Source: the human T2T-CHM13v2.0 reference genome, Homo sapiens
Length of the DNA: 64,000 nt
Assembly: GCF_009914755.1 (NCBI RefSeq)
Contig: NC_060935.1
Direction: 5' to 3' (one strand)
Within the stretch, counting starts at the first letter, position 1. Each line of letters opens with the position of its first letter. The notes under the pieces were generated by a model, which ran no database searches, was not told the DNA's origin, and saw nothing but the letters and a program-made list of their open reading frames with translations. Both the position numbers and the translations under genes were made by a program. Positions 1-14,036 of this stretch are shown here, piece after piece.

Positions 1-250
1 CTCTATTTCAGAGTTCTCTTTTTAACACCACTATTCTTCAAATCATAATTTCCCTACACCAGATGTTAGGTAGAAACAGTCAAGAATTAAAAAAATAGTT
101 ATGCACTGCTCAGGATAAGGTAGTTTTGTGAAAAAACAGATAAATATGGACAGATAACTTATAACGTTTACATTTTTACATTAAGATTTCCCCTGTATAA
201 TACATAACATATTTTGTGCCATGGGTTTGTTTAGGGTTAAGCTCAGCAAT

Positions 251-1472
251 GGGAAAAAGATTTCTATTCAATAAATGGTGCTGGGAGAACTGGCTTTGAA
301 ACTAAACCTTTTTTTTTATACCATGTAAAAAAATTAACTCAAGTGAAATTAAAGACTTAAATGTAAAACCCAAAACTATAAAAATCCTGGAAGGCAAGGT
401 AAGCAATACCATTCAGAACATAGGCATGGGCAAAGATTTCATGACGAAAATGCCAAAAGCAATTGCAAAGAAAGCAAAAATTGACAAATGGGATATAATT
501 AAACTAACGTGCTTCTGCACAGCAAAAGAAACCATCAACAGAATAAACCAACAACATACAGAATGGGAGAAAGTTTTTGCAAACTATGTATCCAACAAAA
601 GTCTAATATCCAGCATCTATAAGCTACTTAAACAAATTTACAAAAAAAAAAAAAACATAAAAACGTAGGCAAAGGATATGAACAGACACATTACAAAAGG
701 AATGCGGCTAACAATCATATGAAAAAAGGTTCAACATTACTGATCATTAGAAAAATGCAAATCAAAACCACAATAAGATACCATCTCACAACAGTCAGAA
801 TGGCTATTATTAATAAGTCAGAAAACAATCAATGCTGGCAAGGTTGTAGAGACAAAGAAACGCTTATACACTGTTGGTGGGAGTGTAAATTAGTTCAACC
901 ATTGTGGAAGACAGCTTGGTGATTCTTCAAAGACCTAAAGACAGAAATACCATTCAACCCAGCAATCCCATTAATGAGTATATACCCAAAGGAATATAAA
1001 TTTTTCTATTATGAAGACACATGCATGTGTATGTTCATTGCAGCACTATTCACAATAGCAAAGACATGAAATTAACCCAAATGCCCATCAGTGGTAGACT
1101 GGATAAAGAAAGTGTGGTATATATACACCATAAAATATTATGCAGCCATGTAAAAGAACAAGATCATGTCCTTTGCAGGGCCATTATCCTCAGCAAACTA
1201 ATGTAGGAACAGAAAACCAAATACTGTATATTCTCACTTGTAAGTGGGAGCTAAATGATGAGAACACATGGAAACATAGAGAGGAACAACAAACACTGGG
1301 ACCTATTGGAGGGTCGAGGGTAGCAGGAGTGAGAGGATCAGGAAAAATAATGAATGGGTACTATTAATAGGCTTAATATCTGGGTGATGAAATGATCTGT
1401 ATAACAAACTACTATGACACAACTTTACCTACGTAACAAACCTGCATTTGTACCCCTGAACTTAAAATAAAA
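251..1472 (+). mobile_element. 5'-truncated L1 (older L1PA/L1PB type): ORF2 3' end and 3' UTR
   Basis: ORFs 426-668 and 719-922 translate to decayed L1 ORF2p C-terminus ([22 protein letters not shown]; [26 protein letters not shown]). The 3' UTR ends ...cccctgaacttaaaataaaag. Degenerate TSD agggttaagctcagcaat (233-250) vs agagttatgctcagtaat (1472-1489). Confidence 0.95.
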
Positions 1473-2684
1473 GAGTTATGCTCAGTAATAAAGGCTACCA
1501 TCCTCTCTTCTCCTAGAAAGAAAGGGAATTTTCTCTGGGGTATCCACAAAGATACTATTGAAGGGATAACAATCAGAAACTCTGATATGGATGAAACATA
1601 GGTCCACCACAGACGGATGCGCCTCCATTTCCTCGATAGGTCTAGATCATTCACAGAGGTGCCTCTATGCCTTCTTTTAATAATCACCAGAAATAACTTG
1701 TCTTTCCTTTGCTAACCTACATCATATTCCCCATTTAGAGTTTTGTTAATAAAGCCTGGTGTATTTTCAGGATATCTGGATATGCCTTCTAAAAACAGAA
1801 ATCTCAAAAATACAATATCTATTGTTGTGCAGTTTATTTTCTTTCCCTTTTTCTGCCAAGATGCACATTTCTATTTACTAACCTATTGATAATGGATTTA
1901 CCTTACTTGCGCCTTCCTAGAACGTTTTTTTTTCCCCTAAGAATTGTTCTTCTAACACATCTAGGAATTATCATTCTTTCTGATAAGAAAGATCATTCTT
2001 CAAACTCTTTCATACACTTTGCTACAGAGAAAAACAGCTTATATTTATTGCTTGTATGTTTTGTTATCTCATCAGAAAGGATATTGAAGCAGAAAATACT
2101 GGCCAAATTTATGGGTGTCAGATTAACTATACTCTTTTTTTCAATCTACCAGGACACTATGAGGGAAAGAATCATACCTTAATGTCCAGGTTATACCTGT
2201 TTGTATATCATCCACATTTTCTACTTTAATTTTCTTCCTGTCCCACCCCTATCCTGAATAATTATCAATGGTTCAAGGTCTATTAGGGTTTGTCATATTC
2301 ATCTTATCCTTGGGACTTACTCAGATTTTAAATAGCCTCCAATAAATTTACTCATACATTTGCCTAAATATTTCAGGATGTGCATTTTATTAAATATCTC
2401 TCAGAACAGTTCTATATTCTCAATATTATAAAATCTTACATATTATGTCCCTCTCTTAAAGATACATAATTTACAGTATGCTAAAATTTTTAGAATTACT
2501 GCCATATTTACTTCTGTTTAGCTTGTTTATTAATTTGTTAAACAAATATTTATGTAGAACCATTTTGCCAGGCATATAAATAAAATTTTATCAAATACTT
2601 GCTTATTCAGCTTTTATATTCTCCTATGTTATTATAGTAATATTTGTATTATATGCTGAAGAGTTTTCAACATTAATGTTTACC

Positions 2685-2930
2685 TATCAATAAATATTTA
2701 TGGAATCTTTACAATGTACCCATGGCATATTAGATAAAAGGATTATAAAATGTGCATTCTGCTTAAGAATTTCATACCATGTATTGGATAGCATGATATA
2801 TGAATATTAAAGATAAATACAATAATAAAATGTAACACAGGTTCTGGCTCTACTAGGAGTCAGAGGGTGAGGATATGAAGAGGGTAGGAGCTGATCAGGT
2901 TCTTGAAGGCTGAGGGCAAGAGAATGGTAT
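2685..2930 (-). mobile_element. L2 fragment (highly diverged)
   Basis: tcaataaatatttatggaatc... start and ...tcttgaaggctgag resemble the antisense L2 3' region. Confidence 0.45.
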
Positions 2931-3319
2931 GAATATAAAAGTGTAATTAATAAACTTGAATTTAAAAATTTACAGGAAAAAATTCTAGAAGACTTTATTT
3001 ACTAAATACCCTTCTACCTCATTGTCCAATTTTAGCCAGTCTTTTTATCTCAGATGTCAGTATATTCTGAACAACTGTTTCCCCATTTGTAAACAGAGTC
3101 TATAAGTAAAGACCTAACTATCTAGATAATAAAATGGATTAATTAGCTATTATTCCAAAATACAAAGTAGAATCACATTTTTTAAAGCTAGGGAAAGTAA
3201 ACCTTTTGTTTATTTTAGACTACTAGTTGCTAGGGAATGTGGATTATTTTGCCAATTGCACATCATATTAATTTAAAAGGGGATATGGTAATTTTAGAGC
3301 ACAGATATGTTCAGATATG

Positions 3320-3830
3320 ACTTTGACCACGTGATCAAAATGAACACCACCAGTAGCAGGACGTGTTGATATCATATACTCTTTGATATAATATATGGAG
3401 ATGGGCACGTCATTTCTGATTTTAATAATAAGGAAACGTCAGACAAATCCAAATTAAGAGATAGTCTATAAACTAATTGGCCAACATTCTTCAAAATACC
3501 AAGGTCATAAAAGATAAAGAAATACTGGGGATCTTAGAAGATGCTTATAAAACAAGACTGTTAATTACAATGTGGGATACTCCATATGTCACTGGACTAG
3601 AAAGAGGATATTAGTAGAGAAATAGGATATGAATAAGTCTTATCATAAATGCTTTTGTATGAGCATTAATTTTCTAGTTTTGATAATGTTATATGTTCAT
3701 GTAAAATGTAATTATTTAAGGAAGTCAAGTAAATAACATATGAGAAATCTTTTATATTTGCAGTGCTGTTGCCAATGTGAAATTATTTCAAATGAAAAGT
3801 TAGAATATGAAAAAAATTAAAAATTAAATG
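3320..3830 (+). mobile_element. Old L1M (L1MC4/5-like) 3' region
   Basis: Motifs gtgatcaaaatgaacaccaccagta, aggaaacgtcagacaaatccaaattaagaga and ttcttcaaaataccaaggtcataaaagataaaga are typical of L1MC 3' ends. Confidence 0.65.
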
Positions 3831-4315
3831 TTGGTTCATTTTTTCTTTTACATATGTCCATTTTTCCTTAAACCAATTTGTAAGAAAAAATTCTTAAAGG
3901 CTTTATCATCTTATTAAAAAATGGTGTGGCAGACAGAATGATAGTGCCCCAAAGGTGTCTACATCCTGATCCCTGGAACCTAGAAATATGTTGCTCTACA
4001 TGGCAAAAAAGAATTATGGATATGATCAAGTTTAAAGATCTTAAGATATGGAGATTATCCTGGATTATCTGGACAGACCAAATGTAATCACAAGACTCCT
4101 TAAAAGAGGGAAATAAAAGAACAGAAGCAGAAGAAATTGTGATGATGAAAGCAGAGGTCAGAGAGCAAAGGAGATTTAAAGAAGCTACACTACTAGTTTT
4201 GAAGCTAGCAGTCCACCAGGAATCTAGATAACTTCTAGAAGCTGGAAAAGGCAAAGAAATGCATTCTTTTGTAGAGCCTCCAGAAGGAATAGTCCTGATA
4301 ACACCTTGATTTTAG

Positions 4316-4712
<397 letters not shown>

Positions 4713-5552
4713 AGATTTTAGAACTTCTTACCTCCAGAAAGGCAAGACAGTAAATTTATGTTGCTTTACGCCGCTAAGTTTGTACTATTTTGTTACTACA
4801 GCAACAGAAATCTAATATAGAAGGAAATAAACTCAATTGGCTAGGACTCTTCATGCCACTGAATGTCAAACAATTTCTGTCCTCACTGCCTTTGTGTGTG
4901 CCTAATTTATGTCAGAATCTCACTGAAGAGGAACTTGGGTAAAATTTTGTGCCCATCTTCCCATCAGAGACTTTACTCAGCTTATATCAATATCATAATC
5001 ACTACTGAAGTCTCAGAGGAGCCTCTAATATACCGTACTCCATCAACTGGGAGGTAAAAATGAAGCAAAAACAATATCTTTTTTTTAAGCAAATTGAGGA
5101 CAGTATTGAAGACAAGACATTAATTCTATTGATATATGGGCCAGAACCTTTAAGTCCCAGAATTAGCCATGAAATCTTTGCATCAATTTATGGCATGTAA
5201 GAATCAAGAGATCTGAAATCTTGCTGGGCAGATACATTCCCAAGAAAATGGTATGGCTGAGCCAATATTTATCAATCGCAGAAAAAAAAAGTCCAGAAGC
5301 ATACCAGTTTTACTTCTTTCACTAAATGGAAGAAGCATTCCCAAGAAACTCCCATCATCATTGTCATTGTCGTCATCACCAGTATAATCATCATTATAAA
5401 AATAACAGTAGAAACAACAGCAATAAAGTGATACCAAGGCAAAATAATATAAATTTAAATAGTATATGCATTATAAAATATTTGAAGTATAACTAGATCA
5501 TGAGAATGATTCTTTTTCTGGACTTTATTCTTATACTACAGTCTTAGTCACA

Positions 5553-5558
5553 CGTGTG

Positions 5559-5589
<31 letters not shown>

Positions 5590-5590
5590 G
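5553..5590. repeat. (TG)n(TA)n microsatellite
   Basis: Visible dinucleotide runs. Confidence 0.85.
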
Positions 5591-6559
5591 TAGTGACTAA
5601 ACCTTGCATATAGGAATATCTAAATGTTTTTATTGGTATGTCCCTCTCTATAAAAAAATCAAATCTTAAATATACATATACATGTTAATTTCTAAATCAT
5701 ATACATGTGCTACCAATGCATGTATACGATTTATAAATGTGTGTATAGCAAATATCACAGATATCAGTACTTAATTTTTTTCTGATTTCCCTATGAAAAT
5801 GAATATAAACACATAGAATCCTCAACATAAAGATCTTCTTATACACCCATCAGGGTTCCTAGCAATACATGTAGAAGTCTACATATCTACACTAAGTTTT
5901 TAGCAAAATAACCCTTCCACTTTTGACAAGGGACCTTTTGTGTGCTCTCAGTATGTATCAATTATATGTCCCAAACAAGATCCCTACAAAGCAATTTTAG
6001 TATTTCTGAAGAGCAAGCCTCCATAGAAGACAGAAAAGATTGAGAAGGCAAATGAGCTTCTTTTCTTGTGTTGAGTGCCCAAACAGAAAAAAAAGTAAAT
6101 GAGTGAATAATAAATAAATACACAAACAAATAAACAGATAGTTTAGCCTGCCACAAAAAGGGGGTCAAAATAGGAATTACAGTCTGATGAAATGAGATTT
6201 CTAAAATGGAGATTACTTTTTAAGAATAATTGTAGTTCATGGGTTCTTCTTGATTCCCTAGGTTTCAGAATAAAGTTTAATAGATGTGGACTGGCTGGTG
6301 AACTGATCTCTCTGAAAATCACAACTGCTGAAGAAGATCAGAATTTTTCTTTGCATCTACTTTCATATATTTAATTACTCTTCAGTTTGAATTGCATTTT
6401 CTTTTGCAGTAAATCTAAACAGTGGCTGCTGGTACATAGTCACACATATGATCATCTTTGCTGTGTAAAAATAAATGCTTAATTTAATAAATAATTCAAT
6501 CATTCTTTCTCCGATATAAATTTCTGTTTTCATTTACCTTTATTTCTACTTTTCATCAT

Positions 6560-6900
6560 ATTTTATTGAACATTTAATTATGAGGCATATGCTTTCTAAT
6601 ACTGCAGGTATCAAAATCTAGGAAGATAAGCAAGTAAGCAAATAATTTCAACTGAATATAATCTGTACTTAAATAGAAAAAAATATATATAGGATTCAGG
6701 GCTGTAACATAGGAAGGAATAACTAGCTTCATATGGTAGGTTGAGGAAAAATTTCACAGTTTAGGAAATGCTTAAGGTGGATCTTGAAGGATGAGTAAGA
6801 GTTCAGCACATGTTCAGGTAAAAGGCACAAATAAGATGGTATAGAAGACATGGCATACCATGATATGGCTACATATGAAAAGAGGGAGTAAAAGCCACAG
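6560..6900 (-). mobile_element. L2 fragment
   Basis: tttattgaacatt start and ggatcttgaaggatgagtaagagttcagc are typical antisense L2 motifs. Confidence 0.55.
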
Positions 6901-7797
6901 GAAGAATGAAGAAAGAGAGAAGAGAGCTAAACTTTCATAAAGTTTATAATTCTGTGTAGATATGGAGAGATTCTAGTGCAAAAGTGAAATTGCTTATGAA
7001 CATACTTTTATCTTAGGAACACTGAACGCCAAGATCACAATATTCAGATAATAGGACAGGGAGTCCTTTCTCTATACACAAAATAATTCAGGCTAAAAGA
7101 AAAAAACAGTTGTTCTGATGTTTGAGCAAATTAACCTTGTGTATATTTGTTGGTCACTTGAGATGGGGGAAGGAGTTGGGACAACGAATGCTTATTGACA
7201 TTTACAATTTACAAGAGAAGATATAAGAATACGTAGCCTAGGGACCCTGATGGTGTTACAGGTTTTGGTAGAGATTTTACATTATATATTATTAACTGAG
7301 GTATATAAATTACCTGTCTTACTTAGTCTATAGTCAAATTTTCAAGTTTACCTTTTCCAATTATTCTTCCTTTCTGCAATGTACATGAAAAAAAAAACCT
7401 GTTAAGATGAATCTTCTGATATTTTCCCTTTTCCTATGGTTGCTTTTGCGAGCAACATTTTGAGTATCACATGAAATTCACAACTTATAATTGCCACTGC
7501 TCTACACAACAGGCTGATTTCTTACCAAGTTATTCACTGTTCTAAGGAACTGGAGTAAAAAAGCATTCATTTCCTAATGATGGAGCATCTTCGACCTTAG
7601 CAAAGCTGCCTCAGAAAGATCTGGATCTTCTCAAAATGCTTCGACAGGACTCTTGAGCTAAATTTCTCAAAGATGTCATTATAAATTGCAGTATAACAGC
7701 AATTTATGCCCAATGACCAATTATCAGATGTCTGGCAGTTTGTTTTTTTATCAGTAGTGTTCAAAACACCAACTGATTCAACATTTTTAAAACGTTA

Positions 7798-8159
<362 letters not shown>

Positions 8160-8428
8160 AATATAGTTTATTGAGAAAGAAATAGAGTGGGAATTGTGAG
8201 TCTAAGTGAGTCTGTGTGCCTGAAAGTGGATAATATTTAATGCATGACAGCAAGGGGGAAACTATCATAACTTCTAATAAAAAGTATGGAAAAGGCGATC
8301 ATAAAATAAATTATGCACAACTTTTAAAGAGTATTTGTTTTGGAGCAGGCATGTATTTTGAAAGGCCTATGGAGACCAAATCAAGCTGTAAATAGTATTC
8401 TTACAACACTCCATGAGCTGAAGTTTCC

Positions 8429-8803
<375 letters not shown>

Positions 8804-9264
8804 TAGTAATCATCAGTATTTTGTCTGATGACAATTAGACAATTAGTTATGTTTTTATGGCCAGTCTGGCATTTGATTGTAAGATTGTAATTTTACCAGA
8901 GAAAGGATGCACATATTTACATTCAGTAAAGTAAGACACCATATAGGAAGGTATTTCCTTTTAAAAAAAAAATTTCAAAGGAGGATTACTAAAACAAATA
9001 GGATTTGTTTTATAAGATACTATAGCAAGAAAATTATATAACTGGAAATGGGAAAAGAAATAGACACCTCAATCTAATAAACACAAAGGCAATTTTCTTT
9101 TCCCAGAAGAGCTCAAATTATATTCTTGTCTCAACCTACTGTGGAGCACTTGTTTTCACATTTCTTGTCCCTGTTCACAAGGCTCTGATCAAAATTCATT
9201 ATGAGGTAGTCCTCAGATTTATCCTGTTTCCAGCATTTTCTTTAATAAAAGTTCCCTCAAAAAT

Positions 9265-9410
9265 TAGCATTCATTATGTGCCATGCCTTATACTAAGTGT
9301 CTTCTACTCATTACTTTACCTAATTTTCATAAAATTCTGTGAGGTAGATGCTATGAAAATTTATTCCAGAGATGAAGACAGTAAAGCTAAGAAGAGTGAA
9401 ATGTTTGATT
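9265..9410 (-). mobile_element. MIR fragment
   Basis: tatgtgccatgc...ttctgtgaggtagatgcta...cagagatgaagac match the antisense MIR core. Confidence 0.6.
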
Positions 9411-10426
9411 AGTACATAATGAATTTTTTAAAAAGTCCTACATTCAGTTCAAAGTCATCGAATTTTCTTTAAAACTTTTTTTCTATGCTATTCCACCTAA
9501 AACATTTTTCACGTGTGTACCTATAAACACTGTCTAATCCTCAAAGCCCAATTTTAAGTAGGCGTTATCTTATCTTCCATAACCAAGTCAAACTGCATTA
9601 CACATTCTTTTGAACTACAGCACTTTGGTTTTTTCTAAGTATCTAGTGCATATTTTTGTTTCCTATATATATTTTATATATTCTAACTTAATATTAAGCT
9701 ACTTGAGAGCAGAGGAGCCTCAGTGATCTTTTTGTCTCCACTTTTATTGATTTTGGCACAGAGAGTGTCCAATAAGACACTAAGTTTCTCTACCACTAAT
9801 GGAACATTTAGCATTTCCTAATGTCTCATGGGGACTGATTGAAGACTAAGAACATTTACAGTTGGGCCCATCTTATGGGTCTGCCTCTGATATTATTTGC
9901 CCAGTCTAAATCCCCAGGGGTCATTGGGAAGCAATAGATAAACATTTTAACTGTAAAACGTAATTGAAAAAAATTTCCATTAAGCTGGTTTTCTTCAGTT
10001 TTCAAGGGGTTGATTTTGCCATGAATTTTCAGGTTGGTTTGTTTGTTTCTTCCTGAGCAATTAGGTACAAAATACAAGATGGAAGAAAAGGAAAAGGAGG
10101 GTGGAATGAAAAAAAGAAGAAAGGAAAAATAGAAAAAGAAAAAAAGCGATAAACAAAAAATAATCTCTTAGTTTTAAATTCATTAGTAATAGAATTTATG
10201 GCTTCTCAGACATTCAACCTTGCTCAATTAATTGTCTTATTGACTGCAATTCTCCAAACATACAGTTTAAAATGATTTAGAATTATGTACATCTGGAGGC
10301 CTCAACAAGAGCTCTAATTTGCATAAAGCTATGGCATATCAAGTCAGTGGACACACATTAGGAAGATGAGCTAATTCTTGTTTTCAGAAAAGGATGTGAT
10401 TTTTCTTAAAGTATCAATATAATTTT

Positions 10427-10830
10427 TGGATAAGGAAAATGTGGTACATATACATCATGGAATACTATGCAGCCATAAGAAAGAAAGAGATCCATGTCTT
10501 TTGCAGGAACATGGAGGGAACTGGAGGCCATTATCCTCAGCAAACTAATGCAAGAACGGAAAACCATACTACATGTTCTCACTTAAAAGTGAGAGTTAAA
10601 TGATGAGAACTAATAAAAACAAAGAAGGGAACAACAGACACGGGCCTTTTGAGAGTGGAGGATGGGAGGAGGGAGAAGAGCAGAAAAAATAGCTATTGGG
10701 TATTAGGCTTAGTACCTGGGTAATGAAATAATCTGTACAACAAACCCCCATTAGATGAGTTTACCTATGTAACAAACTTGCACAGCTACCCCTGAACCTA
10801 AAATAAAAATTAAAAAAAATGAAAACTTAA
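10427..10830 (+). mobile_element. Short L1 3' end (older L1PA type)
   Basis: tggataaggaaaatgtggtacatatac...gaaataatctgtacaacaaacccc...cccctgaacctaaaataaaaatt followed by an A tail. No TSD found. Confidence 0.95.
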
Positions 10831-11099
10831 AAGAAAATCATAAGGAAGAGACAGTATATTTACCATTCATTAAGTGGAAGTGGATCATGATAAAGGTCTT
10901 CATCCTCACCATCTTTACGTAGAGTAGTCTGAAGAGGAGGAGAAAGAAGTGGGGTAGGTGTTGCTGTCTCAGGGGTGGCAGAGGCAGAAGAGGTAGAAAA
11001 GTAGAAAAGGTGGTAGGGGAGGCAAGAGAGTCAGGCACATTCCATGTAATCTTACAAAATTACAAAATTACCTAATTTCTGATTTTTTTTGCTTTTACA

Positions 11100-12579
11100 T
11101 TTCACTAAAAATGTTGCTATATGGTACAAATCCTTCTTCTAATATTTGCTTTAATTTCTGTGTTTGTATCATAGAAGGATCCATGTTATAAAAGAAATCG
11201 AAAGCCGCCTTTAATAATCAAAATCCTTTTGACAGGTTGTCTAATGTTAATTTGTTTTCAAGCACTTCTATATCATTTTCCTCATTGTCTAGCACTGGTT
11301 CAGAGGCATTCATCTCCATCAAGTCATATTTTGTTAATACTGCTGATGTGATGTTTATTAGCTTTTAAACTTCTCCAAAATCCATATCTTAAAATGCTTC
11401 ACCCGTCACCTTTCTGCCATATCCATAACCTTATTCATGGTTTCCTTGATTGGCTCTGAAGTAAATCCTGTGAAGTTATTTACAACATCGGGATACAGTT
11501 TTCTCCAGCAAAAATTTATTATTTCAGGCTTGATGACTTTCATAACTTCTTAATAATAACAATGGGGTCTTCAAAGGTGTAACCCTTTCAAACATTCAAG
11601 ATGTTATCTCTATGGGGGTTCTCTTCCATAGTGTTGACAATTATTTCCATTGAATACTTTATATAATGAGACTTAAAGTTCCATATGACCCCCGATCTAC
11701 AGGCTGAATTGCAAACTTTGTTTTAGGGGACAATTAGACCACTTTGATGCCTTCAGTGGTGAATTAATGGGGTTCAGGGACACTGTCCAATACCAAAAGA
11801 ACTTTAAAAGGTCATTACTTATTGGTAACATACTCTCTGACTTCAGGGACAAAGCATGAATGGAACCAATTAAGAAAAAAAATGTTCTCCTTGTCCATGA
11901 CTTCTTGTAATACAACCAAAAGTCTGGTAGTTGGTGTTTATCTTTACCCTTCAAGGCTCAGGGGTTAGATAAGGGCAGTCCTAATGACAAACCCAACTAC
12001 ATTTTCACAAATCTGTAGAGTTAGCCTACCCCTTATTGCCTTAAATCCTGGTCCTTCATTTCTCTTCCTTACTAATAAATGTCCTTCATGGCATTTTTTT
12101 TTTTTTTTTTCCCAGAGGACGGCACTTTTGTCTGCATTAATTCTTTCTCCTCAATAATTTTCTTAATGACATCTGGGAACTTGTTGGCTGCCTTTAGGTA
12201 GGCAGAAGCTGCTTCTCCTGTTACTTTTTTTTTTTTTTAACCTTTAACTTTAGGTTCAGGAGCACATATACAGGTTTGTTACACAAGTAAATCGCATGTC
12301 AATGGGAGTTTGCTGTACAGACTTTTTCGTCGCTCGGGTAATAAGCATAGGCAAACCTCTTTCTAAAGTTATCAAACCATCCTTTGCTGGCATTAAATTC
12401 TCCAGCTTTAGATCCTTCACCATCCTTTTGCTTTAAGTTGTCACATAACTTCACACTCTTTCAAATCATATTAGGGTTTTCAGGTATGTCATTTGTATAG
12501 CAATCCTGCACCCACATAAATGCTGCATTTTCAATGCAACATAAAAATGTATTTCACAAAAAGTGCAAGGCTTTTTGTG
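11100..12579 (-). pseudogene. Decayed Tigger2 transposase coding remnant
   Basis: Frameshifted DDE_1-like peptide fragments; multiple stops; interrupted by an L1 fragment. Confidence 0.65.
12225..12350 (-). mobile_element. Very short L1PA 3' terminus inserted in Tigger2
   Basis: Poly-T followed by taggttcaggagcacatatacaggtttgttacacaagtaa...ataagcatag. Confidence 0.85.
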
Positions 12580-13899
12580 TATACTCATGTTTTTCTTCCA
12601 TATAATGTTTAACAAAAGCAAAACGCAAACAAAAAATGTAAAAATACAGTTGACCCTTGAACGTCGTGGTAGCAAGGGTGCTGACCCCTTGTGCTGTCGA
12701 AAATTCACTTATAACTTTTGATTTCCCAAAAACTTAACTATTATTACTAATAGCCTACTGTCAATCAGGAGCCCTCGCAATAACAAAAACAGTCAATTAA
12801 TATATACTTGTATGTTGTATGTACTATATACCATATTCTTACAATAAAGTAGGAGCTAGAGAACAAAACAAAACAAAACAAAACAAACCTGCGGCTGTAG
12901 CTGCAAGCAAGGGCTTCACGAATTTCCTTTCTTTTTAAAAAAAAAAAAGATTCTAATGCTGGATTTATTTTTTATAAAATTTCAGGCAATCATAGCTATA
13001 GACCTCAATTGGTGGTATATATTAAGCAGTTGAACATTTTCGTGTATTCCCATGACTGTTTTATACTTCTTGGGAACACCTCCAGCACTTTGACACTTTG
13101 TAGGAGTCCTGTGGGTTATTCAAGGTTTGAGGTGTTGTACTAAACATTACAAAAAAAAATAAGAAATATGAAAGATCACTTTTTACTGCTATTTACAATT
13201 TACTGGAGAGGAATTGCTCCCAGGGAAATGATTAACACCTCACTGTGTTTTAAGCTGATACTCACAACACTTGAGCTCCCCGTACAAGCAACAGGAGGTG
13301 ACTATAAAATTATTATAGTAGTACAGTGCTACTATAGTTAATATTATGCAGTTATGATTTAATATTGCATCCTTACATTTTTCTTGACTGCAAATAGCAC
13401 CACATATAGTCTGTTTATGTACATAGTTTTGATAAATTCCAACTTTTTATGAGATTTATGTATATTTTTTGTAGTAAATGATAAAATATTCTAGCATTGA
13501 CATATATTTTATGCATACCTTTTTCTTAATTTTTTGATATTTTAGGCTATGCAGTTTGTCTTCAAGTTTTTCCAAATTGTCATCAATCTCCAAAAAAGTT
13601 TCCAATATACTTATTTTTAAAAATCCACATATAAGTGGACCCATACAGTTCAAACCTGTGTTTTCAAGGGTCAACTATATTGTGAAAATATATTTCAGAA
13701 AATAAGAAAATCTTAAATGAATTTGGAGTAACGTGTTCAACTGGAACTGCATTGCTTGATACTTATTTTTGTAGATACAAATTCACATATTGTTTTAAGT
13801 AGAAATTACTATAAAATTACTATACTTCCCTCTGTTCAACACAAATTTCTGGACTTCAAAATGTCTTTTTAAATAAGCATTTCTTTATTTACAGCACAC

Positions 13900-14036
13900 A
13901 GGATTAGACATTTAGCAAATAAAATACAGAACACCAAGTCAAATTTAAATTTCAAATAATCAACAGATAATATTTTAGGGTAAATATGTCTCAAAGGAAC
14001 ATCTAACTAGGCGTTCTTTACTTTACCTGATAACCA
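13900..14036. mobile_element. MER53 (palindromic hAT MITE) with central deletion
   Basis: atttagcaaataaaatacagaacaccaagtcaaatttaaatttcaaataa...taactaggcgttctttactttacctgataacc. Confidence 0.65.

Larger units (their letters stand above)
10831..13677 (-). mobile_element. Tigger2 (TcMar-Tigger) DNA transposon fossil, near-complete but rearranged
   Basis: TIR ...ttcaagggtcaacta followed by TA at 13678-79; second TIR TA-cagttgacccttgaac at 12645-12662. ORF 11697-11954(-) begins KGKDKHQLPDFWLYYKKSWT, like a Tigger/CENP-B DDE_1 transposase. Subterminal parts are homologous to the Tigger2a copy at 53208-53621. Confidence 0.9.

Noticed and set aside
426-1367. ORFs with L1 ORF2p similarity as genes
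   Set aside because: Frameshifted fragments of a truncated L1; not functional CDS.
7681-7707. Small hairpin ataaattgc...gcaatttat (similar one at ~57988-58010)
   Set aside because: 8-9-bp AT-rich stems are expected by chance in 64 kb.
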